Assembly: GCA_001829415.1 (NCBI GenBank)
Contig: MIBE01000032.1
Coordinates: 123,141-138,544, forward strand
Reading direction: 5' to 3'
DNA: 15,404 nt
Source of the DNA: Spirochaetes bacterium GWF1_51_8
GTDB lineage: Bacteria > Spirochaetota > Brevinematia > Brevinematales > GWF1-51-8
Positions 1-6,606 of this stretch are shown piece after piece (positions within the stretch are counted from its first letter, which is position 1; every line of letters starts with the position of its first letter). Made by a program: the position numbers and the translations under genes. Below the pieces are notes generated by a model. The model saw nothing but the letters and a program-made list of their open reading frames with translations. It did not search any database and was not told where the DNA came from.

Positions 1-303
1 TCCTTAGGGTTATACTAATCTATATCAAGTATCGTGCCATCTTTTCGCATTGTCGCGGAATGCGCGGAGATCGCTTAAGATTATATGATATAAAGAGATA
101 CATATACTTTTAGTAACCCGGAAAACCATATTTCGGGCGGGAAGGCTGTGGCAAAGCGACACGGAAAAAAGGGGGGATTCGGTGAAAATTGAATAAAATG
201 GGAACAAAAAAACGAACAAGGGATAAGTATGCACCATTATGACACAGTTATATCATAATAACACATCCGGTATCTTGGCATTCGCCCTTTCCGGCGCTGT
301 TAC

Positions 304-332
304 TTGTATTTTTTGCTTACACCGTGTATAAT
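304..332 (+). promoter_or_regulatory. Putative sigma70-type promoter of the aroF-tyrA-cmk operon
   Basis: TTGTAT (304-309), a 17-nt spacer, then TATAAT (327-332). It lies ~38 nt upstream of the ATG at 370 and is followed by the RBS GAGGAGG (356-362). Found by eye only. Confidence 0.4.
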
Positions 333-369
333 ATGGAAAGGTTGACGGCTCAGACGAGGAGGATTGCGC

Positions 370-1389
370 ATGATTATCGTATTGAAACCGCAAACGGAAC
401 CGGAACAGATAAAACATATTGTCGATATGATCGAGAAAGTGGGACTGCGTACCCACATTTCCGCCGGGGAACACCAGACGATTATCGGCGTAATCGGGGA
501 TAAGACCAAGCTGGCCAATTACCCAATCTCGTCCATCTCGTGCGTGGAATCGGTGGTGCATGTCTCGAAGCCGTACAAGATGGCGAGCCGCGACTTCCAC
601 CCGGAAGACACGATTATCGATGTCAAGGGCGCGAAGCTCGGCGGAGGCAATCTCTGGATTGTCGCCGGGCCGTGCAGTATCGAGAGCGAAGACCAGCTCC
701 GTACTGTCGCGAAGTTTGTCAAAAACGCGGGCGCGAACCTGCTCCGGGGCGGAGCTTACAAACCCCGCACTTCCCCATACAGCTTCCAGGGCCTCGGCGA
801 AGAAGGTCTCAAGCTCCTGAAAAAGATCGGCGAGGAAACTTCTCTCGCGACAGTTACCGAGGTAATGGATACGGCCGATGTCGAACTGGTGGCGGAATAC
901 GCCGACGTACTCCAGATCGGTACGCGCAACGCCCAGAATTTTTCCCTGCTCAAGCAGGTCGGTAAACTTAAAAAACCTATAGTTCTCAAGCGCGGTATGT
1001 CCCAGACTATCGAAGAATGGCTCATGTCCGCGGAATATATCATGTCCGAAGGCAACCAGGAAGTCGTATTGTGCGAACGCGGCATCAGGACGTTCGAGAC
1101 CGCCTACCGGAACACGTTCGATGTGCTCGCTATCCCGGTGCTGAAAGAACGGACTCATCTGCCGATTATCGTCGACCCGAGCCACGCGTCCGGGATGTGG
1201 CAGTACGTGATCCCGATGGCGCTCGCGGGTCTCGTGTCCGGCGCCGACGGCGTCATGATAGAAGCGCATCACGAACCGGAAAAAGCGATGTCAGACGGCG
1301 CCCAGTCGTTGAAACCCAAGAAGTTCGATCTGCTGATGAGCGAGATCAGGAAGATCGCGCCGGTTGTCGGAAAAGGAATCAATCTTTAG
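370..1389 (+). CDS. aroF: 3-deoxy-7-phosphoheptulonate (DAHP) synthase, type I-beta, with an N-terminal ferredoxin-like/ACT-type regulatory domain (Thermotoga-type architecture)
   Basis: N-terminal regulatory module MIIVLKP...GVIGDK, fused to a DAHPS/KDO8PS-like barrel with LWIVAGPCSIES, LLRGGAYKPRTSPYSFQGLG, VLKRG, IVDPSH and the C-terminal HHEPEKAMSDGAQSL. The ORF track starts at TTG 364. GAGGAGG at 356-362 sits 7 nt before ATG 370, so 370 is preferred. Confidence 0.9.
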   Translation: MIIVLKPQTEPEQIKHIVDMIEKVGLRTHISAGEHQTIIGVIGDKTKLANYPISSISCVESVVHVSKPYKMASRDFHPEDTIIDVKGAKLGGGNLWIVAGPCSIESEDQLRTVAKFVKNAGANLLRGGAYKPRTSPYSFQGLGEEGLKLLKKIGEETSLATVTEVMDTADVELVAEYADVLQIGTRNAQNFSLLKQVGKLKKPIVLKRGMSQTIEEWLMSAEYIMSEGNQEVVLCERGIRTFETAYRNTFDVLAIPVLKERTHLPIIVDPSHASGMWQYVIPMALAGLVSGADGVMIEAHHEPEKAMSDGAQSLKPKKFDLLMSEIRKIAPVVGKGINL

Positions 1390-1484
1390 GGCGTTTCGGT
1401 CATCGCGGCATCTTTTGAAATTGAAGATGTTAAAAGCTTATAGAATCGCCCAATTTTTCGGGATATCCATAATGAGGAGAAGGT

Positions 1485-2333
1485 ATGCCAGGTAAGGTAT
1501 ACGGCATTCACGGTCTGGGGATCATGGGAGGCTCGATAGCCCTCGCGGTCAAATCGTATATGCCCGACAGCAAGGTGATCGGATTCGGACGCGGTAAGGA
1601 AAAGCTCCAAGCCGCCAAGCGTCTTGGGATTATCGACGAAGTCTGCGACGATTCGCCCGAGATGATCGCGAGTCTCGATTATTTCATCATCGCGACGCCC
1701 GCGCAGAATATCGCGGATGTTTTCGCGCAATATCACAATTTCCTGAACGACGACGTGATCATCATGGACGTCGCGAGCGTGAAACGGATCGTCATCAAGG
1801 ACATCAGCAAGATCAATCACCGCGGCTTGAACTTTGTCGGCACTCACCCGATGGCGGGAAGCGAAAAGTCCGGCATGGAGTTCGCGCGAGCCGATCTTTT
1901 CGATAAAAAAATAGTCGCCGTTATCGGCGAAGGCCGTGAGGAAATCCTCGCGAAAGTCCGCGATTTCTGGAAATCGATGGGCGCTCAGATCGTCCTTGTT
2001 TCCGCCGACTTCCATGACGAAATAGTCGCGTCCACCAGCCACAGCCCGCACCTCATTTCGTCGGCGCTCTCCAGGCTTCTGGAAAAGGACGGATGGTCGG
2101 AAGTCCGCTTCTTCGGCCTTTACGGCAAGGGGCTTCTCGATACGACGAGGATCGCGCAGGGCAACCCCGAGATGTGGGCGGATATCATCCTCGTGAACGG
2201 CGATAACGTCGAACGCTCGCTGATCGATTTCTCGCGCGAGATACAGAGCGTGATCGACCTCATCCGTAAGAATAAACGTGAAGAACTGATCGAATATCTC
2301 AGGCTCGCCAAGGAATTCCGGGAGAGTCTGTGA
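1485..2333 (+). CDS. tyrA: Prephenate dehydrogenase
   Basis: N-terminal dinucleotide-binding motif IHGLGIMGGSIA, the GTHPMAGSEKSG motif, and SHSPHLIS typical of prephenate/arogenate dehydrogenases. RBS GAGGAGAAGG lies just upstream. It follows aroF in the same orientation. Confidence 0.85.
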   Translation: MPGKVYGIHGLGIMGGSIALAVKSYMPDSKVIGFGRGKEKLQAAKRLGIIDEVCDDSPEMIASLDYFIIATPAQNIADVFAQYHNFLNDDVIIMDVASVKRIVIKDISKINHRGLNFVGTHPMAGSEKSGMEFARADLFDKKIVAVIGEGREEILAKVRDFWKSMGAQIVLVSADFHDEIVASTSHSPHLISSALSRLLEKDGWSEVRFFGLYGKGLLDTTRIAQGNPEMWADIILVNGDNVERSLIDFSREIQSVIDLIRKNKREELIEYLRLAKEFRESL

Positions 2334-2989
2334 TCATTACGATCGACGGCCCCGCCGGAAGCGGAAAAAGCACGATCTCGAAGATGCTCGCACAAAAGCT
2401 TGGAATCTCGTTTCTCGATACCGGCGCGATGTACCGCGCGGTTACCCTTCAAATCCTCAACAGTAAAACACCTATCGCGGAATCCGCGCAGATGGAAAAC
2501 CTTCTCGATTCTATCGAACTGAAGCTCGACGGCGGACGGATATACCTGAACGGCCGGGATGTGAGCGGGGAAATCCGCGCGGCGGAAATCGACCGGAATG
2601 TCTCGAAGGTCTCCGAACTGAGGAGTGTCCGTGTGAAAATGACGGCGCTCCAGCAAAAAACCGCATGCCGGAGAGACTATGTCTGCGAGGGGCGCGATAT
2701 GGGTTCGGCGGTCTTTCCCGATGCGGATTTCAAGTTCTATCTCGACGCTTCCCCGGGCGAACGCGCCCGCCGCCGTGCCGAACAGTTGAAACGGAACGGG
2801 ATGCTCGCGTCGATTGATAATGCCGTCCTCGCGAGGCTGAAGGACGAGATGATCGAACGGGACCGTCAGGACACCGCACGCGAGCTTTCGCCGTTGACAG
2901 TTCCCGTCGGCGCGGTCGTGATCGACACCACTGGGCTATCGCTGCGGGATGTTCTTCAGAAAATCGTCTCGTCAGTCGATAAAAAGTAA
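2330..2989 (+). CDS. cmk: Cytidylate kinase
   Basis: P-loop IDGPAGSGKST, then LDTGAMYRAVT and GRDMGSAVFPDADFKFYLDASPGERARRR, all classic Cmk blocks. The GTG start overlaps the tyrA stop (GTGA), consistent with translational coupling. Confidence 0.92.
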   Translation: MIITIDGPAGSGKSTISKMLAQKLGISFLDTGAMYRAVTLQILNSKTPIAESAQMENLLDSIELKLDGGRIYLNGRDVSGEIRAAEIDRNVSKVSELRSVRVKMTALQQKTACRRDYVCEGRDMGSAVFPDADFKFYLDASPGERARRRAEQLKRNGMLASIDNAVLARLKDEMIERDRQDTARELSPLTVPVGAVVIDTTGLSLRDVLQKIVSSVDKK

Positions 2990-3025
2990 TCCGCTTCAAC
3001 CCGTGTGTTTTATAAGGAATCGATA

Positions 3026-3490
3026 ATGACCGATTACCATGAAATATCCGAACTTCTCCCGATGAAACCTGAAGAACTAATAATTGTTGAAAAAAAGTAT
3101 CGTAGTGCGAAGCGCTTCAGGCTCTTTTTTATCCTGTTCCAGATTATCTGGATCGGGATGATAGTCACGGGAATAGTAAATAAATTTTATCCCGTTGCGG
3201 TATTCGGCGGGCTTCTGAGTGCCGCATATTTCATATGTACTATTTACTATAATAGAAGATTAAAATTGTTCAGTGAGGATTTGGACGAGCGGAATGTAGA
3301 AGTCATAAAAGGTACGGTGGGGGAAAAAAGGATTAAACCCGGGCGTGTTTTCAGATTTTTTACAATCAGCATAAACGGTAAAAAATACGATCTTCCCCGT
3401 AGGCTTTACACTCAGGTGATTGCCGGGACGGAAGTCACTATCCCTGTCGCGAGACACTCGCGGATTGTTCTATTACGGGAAAACCTTTAA
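3026..3490 (+). CDS. Hypothetical membrane protein: two TM helices plus a beta-rich C-terminal domain
   Basis: Two adjacent hydrophobic helices (FRLFFILFQIIWIGMIVTGIV and VAVFGGLLSAAYFICTIYY) are followed by a ~80-aa soluble domain. AAGGA (3014-3018) lies 7 nt before ATG 3026, so this is preferred over the track's GTG 3005. GC is visibly lower than in neighbouring genes (22/60 hand-counted for 3061-3120). No family recognised. Confidence 0.55.
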   Translation: MTDYHEISELLPMKPEELIIVEKKYRSAKRFRLFFILFQIIWIGMIVTGIVNKFYPVAVFGGLLSAAYFICTIYYNRRLKLFSEDLDERNVEVIKGTVGEKRIKPGRVFRFFTISINGKKYDLPRRLYTQVIAGTEVTIPVARHSRIVLLRENL

Positions 3491-3526
3491 AAACCCTGTT
3501 TTTTTCTCGTTTTTATATGCGTTTTC

Positions 3527-3554
3527 TTGCTTTTTTATAAAAGTAATATAAGAT
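3527..3554 (+). promoter_or_regulatory. Possible promoter of the HEAT-HEAT-lipoprotein operon
   Basis: TTGCTT (3527-3532), a 16-nt spacer, then TAAGAT (3549-3554), inside an AT-rich 114-nt intergenic region ~50 nt upstream of ATG 3605. Weak, pattern-only call. Confidence 0.3.
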
Positions 3555-3604
3555 AGTATGTAAGAAGACGGGATTTGGGGAAAATCTTTTAAAGGAGTAT
3601 TGTT

Positions 3605-4264
3605 ATGAGAACAAAGATTCTCGTAATGGCGATTTTCGGAATGATGATGATGTCGGCGAACGGATTCGCGACGGATTATGTCCCCGAAGATTTGACGATC
3701 GGCGGGGGAAAGCAGTCTCTGCTGACCCTGAAGGAACAGTTCTTCAAGACATCCGACCGCGACCAGCAGGTGATTATTGTGAAGACGATCAATAAGCACA
3801 CCAGCACGGATAAGTTCGCGCTTCTGGCCGAGATTGTCGAGTTCGATGTCCGCACGGACAAGCTGGGCAACTTCTGTCATCCCGATGCGGTTTTGATCGC
3901 GCTGGAAGCATTAGTCCAGACCAAAGACCCTAAGTGGGAAACAATTTATTTCAATCTGATCAACAAGTACGACAACACCAAGGTCAGGATGACCGCGGCT
4001 AAAGGCCTCGCGTTGATCGGAAGCCCCAACATGGTTCCCAAACTCGTCAACATGATTAAAAACGAATTGAGCTATAAGAATTTCCGTGAAGACAACCAGA
4101 AGATGGTCGCGGACGATATGGTGGTCGAGGCGATTGTGATGGCGCTCGGCGAGATCGGCGATCCCCGCTGTTTCCCCGCCCTGCTCGAGATAGTGACCGT
4201 CCAGAACCACCGTTTCCAGACTATTCAGGCCGCATGGAACGCGATGGAGAAGCTTCAGTGGTAA
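3605..4264 (+). CDS. Secreted HEAT/PBS-lyase-like repeat protein
   Basis: Signal peptide MRTKILVMAIFGMMMMSANGFA. Helical repeats carry HEAT-like signatures (AAKGLALIGSPNMVPKLVNMI; ALGEIGDPRCFPALLEIV). RBS AAGGAG lies 7 nt upstream. The C-terminal ~60 aa are paralogous to the next gene. Confidence 0.75.
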   Translation: MRTKILVMAIFGMMMMSANGFATDYVPEDLTIGGGKQSLLTLKEQFFKTSDRDQQVIIVKTINKHTSTDKFALLAEIVEFDVRTDKLGNFCHPDAVLIALEALVQTKDPKWETIYFNLINKYDNTKVRMTAAKGLALIGSPNMVPKLVNMIKNELSYKNFREDNQKMVADDMVVEAIVMALGEIGDPRCFPALLEIVTVQNHRFQTIQAAWNAMEKLQW

Positions 4265-4277
4265 TAGGAGAGTGATC

Positions 4278-4718
4278 ATGAAGAGGCTCTGGCTCCCGGC
4301 TTTCCTTTTGATTCTCGCTGTATCCGGCTTTGCTGAAGAGAAGCCGAAGGTTTCACTCACGGACGAGGTCAATAAGTCATACAGGGTTTTACTCGACCTG
4401 AACAACACTTTTGAGGATAGAAAGAAAGCGGCCGCGCACCTGAAAGACATGTTTGTCAACGGTAAGGACGAGACGGTGATCGACGCGATTGTCGATCTCC
4501 TTCTCTACGCTTACGACCAGAGCAATTACAAGGAAGAGAACGATAAGGAATATAAAAGCGACATGATCGCTCTCGAATTGATCCAGATACTGGAACTTTC
4601 AGGCGACCCGAGGATATTTCCCGCCCTGCTCAATATCGTAGTAAAACCGAACCACGCCCAAGCCACTATTATGGAGGCGTGGAAAGCGATCAAGATGATA
4701 AAATGGAAGGATAAATAG
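4278..4718 (+). CDS. Secreted HEAT-like repeat protein, a shorter paralog of the upstream gene
   Basis: Signal peptide MKRLWLPAFLLILAVSGFA. The C-terminus ELSGDPRIFPALLNIVVKPNHAQATIMEAWKAIKMIKW aligns with GEIGDPRCFPALLEIVTVQNHRFQTIQAAWNAMEKLQW of the 3605-4264 product. GGAG (4267-4270) lies 7 nt before ATG 4278, preferred over GTG 4272. Confidence 0.7.
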   Translation: MKRLWLPAFLLILAVSGFAEEKPKVSLTDEVNKSYRVLLDLNNTFEDRKKAAAHLKDMFVNGKDETVIDAIVDLLLYAYDQSNYKEENDKEYKSDMIALELIQILELSGDPRIFPALLNIVVKPNHAQATIMEAWKAIKMIKWKDK

Positions 4719-4727
4719 GAGGTTACT

Positions 4728-5183
4728 ATGTATAGAATATTCATCACCCTCGTAATAGGAACCGTGTTCGGCGCGGTATTGCTGTCATGCGGAAGCGATC
4801 CTGTCAAACCGAACGGGGGAGATACCAATAAAGTGGTTACAGCCGATAAAACGAACAGCGCCGTAGTCCAGCCCGTAACTAAAGATAAATTCGACGACAC
4901 GGACTACAAGAATGTTATCGCCGTGCTCAAGACCGCGCTCAATGCCGAAAAGAATAACCCGTCCTCGCTCAATAAGCTCGATTCCGGTAAGGCGTTCGCT
5001 CTCGTGGCGAAGTTCATCAAGCTGAAACTCAATGTAAAGGAATACGGATTTTCCGCGGGCGATATAGACACCTATAAGGCGCAGGCGAAGAAGAAGTTTA
5101 AAGAGATTTTAGAAGACCCTACGGCGGCGAAAGACACTAAGGAAAAGGCAACCGCCGAATCCGCGAAAGTAGACCAAATCTAA
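4728..5183 (+). CDS. Lipoprotein, Lys/Ala-rich helical
   Basis: Signal peptide with lipobox (GAVLLS-C-GSD). AGGAGG lies 5 nt upstream, and the gene starts 9 nt after the previous stop. A strong terminator follows. Confidence 0.7.
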   Translation: MYRIFITLVIGTVFGAVLLSCGSDPVKPNGGDTNKVVTADKTNSAVVQPVTKDKFDDTDYKNVIAVLKTALNAEKNNPSSLNKLDSGKAFALVAKFIKLKLNVKEYGFSAGDIDTYKAQAKKKFKEILEDPTAAKDTKEKATAESAKVDQI

Positions 5184-5197
5184 CTCGATATTCTATA

Positions 5198-5225
5198 GGG
5201 CGTGTTTCGGCACGCCCTTTTTTTA
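5198..5225 (+). terminator. Rho-independent terminator of the HEAT-HEAT-lipoprotein operon
   Basis: Perfect 7-bp GC-rich stem GGGCGTG (5198-5204) / CACGCCC (5211-5217), a 6-nt loop TTTCGG, then a run of 7 T. It starts 14 nt after the stop at 5183. Confidence 0.8.
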
Positions 5226-5241
5226 TTCCCGGGAGGAATCG

Positions 5242-5364
5242 ATGACTTCACTTTGGCAGATGATCTCACCCCATTTGACGACGATAGGGATAATCGCGGG
5301 AGCCGCGGCAGTGATAGCCATAATGATTGTTGTCATAGTACGGCTTCGGAAGGAAAACAAATAG
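5242..5364 (+). CDS. Candidate small single-pass membrane peptide (40 aa), below the ORF-track cutoff
   Basis: My translation: MTSLWQMISPHLTTIGIIAGAAAVIAIMIVVIVRLRKENK*. GGGAGGA (5231-5237) lies 4 nt before the ATG. It has one hydrophobic helix plus a basic tail and is paralogous to the next mini-ORF. Caveat: it begins 17 nt after a strong terminator and I see no promoter. Confidence 0.4.
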   Translation: MTSLWQMISPHLTTIGIIAGAAAVIAIMIVVIVRLRKENK

Positions 5365-5383
5365 GGGTTCGCCGGTGTTCGGG

Positions 5384-5491
5384 ATGTTCGAAGGAATAGA
5401 GACTTTTTTCGTACTAATCGGTTTGGCCGGGTTCGTGATTGTCACCGTGATCGTAGTAGTCATTGTAAGGGTGTCGCGGAAAAAGAGTTAG
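5384..5491 (+). CDS. Candidate small single-pass membrane peptide (35 aa), tandem paralog
   Basis: My translation: MFEGIETFFVLIGLAGFVIVTVIVVVIVRVSRKKS*. It has the same architecture and a similar C-terminus (VVIVRVSRK vs VVIVRLRK) as the 5242-5364 product. The RBS is weak. An in-frame GTG at 5375 is an alternative start. Confidence 0.35.
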   Translation: MFEGIETFFVLIGLAGFVIVTVIVVVIVRVSRKKS

Positions 5492-5573
5492 AGTAACAGA
5501 ACGCCTTTTTCGATGCCCTTCACCGGCAGGTTGTCTGATCCCTAGTGTGGGAACGGGATAACCGCGCGTTTTT
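5488..5573 (-). pseudogene. Decayed duplicate of the radA 3' end (last ~27 codons plus stop)
   Basis: Minus-strand translation 5573->5488 gives KRAVIPF PH*GSDN LPVKGIEKGVLLL*. The authentic RadA C-terminus (6708->6607) is KRAVIPF QQKGIKPPDGLSV LPVKSIEEGIALL*. The nucleotide blocks match ~22/26 and ~30/39 by hand alignment, with a net 18-nt deletion. Both copies end in TAA. Similarity stops abruptly at 5573/5574 vs 6708/6709. Confidence 0.7.
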
Positions 5574-6606
5574 ATTCCTGTGATTACTTTTCCAGATACT
5601 GATTTTCAATCTGAAAAACGGTACGAACTTTTCCAACAAACCACAGATGAATGACTCTAACCGAATGTGAAAAATCGATATCATATTAAAAACATGGAGT
5701 GAAAAACGGAGAAAAGAATGAAAAAATACTTGCTGCTCATTTGCATGAGCTTAATCGCACAGAAGGCATTTCCCTTCCAGTATCATTTCCTCAATACGGA
5801 AACCAGCCGCAAGGAAGTACTCCTGCTGCTGAAAGAAGCGGGTGTGCCGGAAGAGGACTTGAAGATATGGAAGACCTTGGTAGAGAAATATTATCAGAGC
5901 ATCGATTTTGTGAACGTTACCAAGAAAGGATGGCAAAATTCCGGTTCAACCGATGATTATTTTAAGAAGACTTTCAACTGGGATGGATTGTTTAACTGCC
6001 GGATGTCCTGTTTTTTGTTGGTTCACGGATTGGTCGGTTTGGATAAATTTCAACGGAAAAGCAACCCGATGCCCCATCTTGAAAATGAAATCGGGTCGCT
6101 CAAGGAAATAACCGGTATAGAGTTAACCGATAAAGAAAAGGATATTTACCGCAGCCTGTTTTACGGAGTAACTCTGCCTATACAGAAGATTGACGATTCT
6201 ATATTTGAAAAGACGGAAAACTTCTTCCAGGTGTGGTGGAAAAAGGAAGGTTTTACCTTTCCTCAAAACGAGAACCTGAAAATTGTATTTGTCCTGATTG
6301 TCGAGCCCCAGCAAAAATATGCCAGCGCGGACCACGTGGCCCTCTTGCTAAAAAAAGATAAAGATCTGTACCTGATTGAAAAACCCACCTATTTCAGCCC
6401 GCCTACGGTAAGCAAGTTTGAAAGTTATGAAGAACTCGGCGAGTTTCTCTATGAGCCTTTCGAGGACTGGGTTGAAGCGAAGGGAGAAAAAGGGATAGCG
6501 GTAATGCTCAACGATAAGATAGTCTGGAAACGGATTATCGGGAATCAAGAATAACCATAACAGTTTTGTATCGTGATCATCACGGCAGTCCGGTTGAGAA
6601 AAAGCG
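5574..6606. other. Putative inserted low-GC segment bounded by the radA 3'-end duplication
   Basis: It lies between the radA 3' relic (5488-5573) and the intact radA 3' end (6607-6708) and carries one gene. Hand-counted GC is 22/60 (5701-5760) and 23/60 (6181-6240), against 33/60 in radA (6781-6840). No recombinase gene is present. Confidence 0.45.
5718..6554 (+). CDS. Orphan secreted protein of unknown function, with a possible Cys-His hydrolase-like arrangement
   Basis: GGAG (5707-5710) lies 7 nt before the ATG. Signal-peptide-like N-terminus MKKYLLLICMSLIAQKAFPF. The 278-aa ORF is uninterrupted and low in GC. Candidate catalytic-type motifs are FNCRMSCFLLV and ADHVALLL...DLYLIEK. Its size and pattern vaguely recall DUF4300-type secreted proteins, but that is from memory and unverified. 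Confidence 0.7.
   Translation: MKKYLLLICMSLIAQKAFPFQYHFLNTETSRKEVLLLLKEAGVPEEDLKIWKTLVEKYYQSIDFVNVTKKGWQNSGSTDDYFKKTFNWDGLFNCRMSCFLLVHGLVGLDKFQRKSNPMPHLENEIGSLKEITGIELTDKEKDIYRSLFYGVTLPIQKIDDSIFEKTENFFQVWWKKEGFTFPQNENLKIVFVLIVEPQQKYASADHVALLLKKDKDLYLIEKPTYFSPPTVSKFESYEELGEFLYEPFEDWVEAKGEKGIAVMLNDKIVWKRIIGNQE

Noticed and set aside
25-237. 70-aa minus-strand ORF in the leftmost non-coding region, and the ~300-bp stretch upstream of the aroF promoter in general
   Set aside because: The ORF has no RBS, an odd Phe/Ser/Leu-rich composition and no motif. I also could not recognise any RNA family or regulatory leader here. The putative promoter lies downstream at 304-332, so this is not the aroF 5' UTR. 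The region may belong to a feature cut off by the window edge.
253-1272. 339-aa ORF on the minus strand, opposite the DAHP synthase gene
   Set aside because: This is a shadow ORF antisense to a gene with unmistakable DAHPS motifs. Its product is Arg/Asp/His/Phe-rich with no recognisable motif and no RBS. Long antisense frames are expected with this CG-rich codon style.
1409-1429. Hairpin CATCTT-N9-AAGATG between aroF and tyrA
   Set aside because: It is a 6-bp AT-rich stem with a 9-nt loop and no following U-run, so it is too weak to call as a terminator or attenuator. It is probably incidental.
1386-2656. Minus-strand ORFs 1386-2051 (221 aa) and 2120-2656 (178 aa), opposite tyrA and cmk
   Set aside because: They are antisense to genes with clear family motifs. 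Their products have a low-complexity Arg/Asp-rich composition and no start-site signals.
5202-5463. Track ORFs 5202-5399 (+, 65 aa) and 5266-5463 (-, 65 aa)
   Set aside because: The + ORF starts inside the terminator hairpin and has no RBS. The - ORF is antisense. The same DNA in another + frame gives two RBS-preceded, TM-helix peptides with paralogous tails, which is the more coherent reading, although still tentative.
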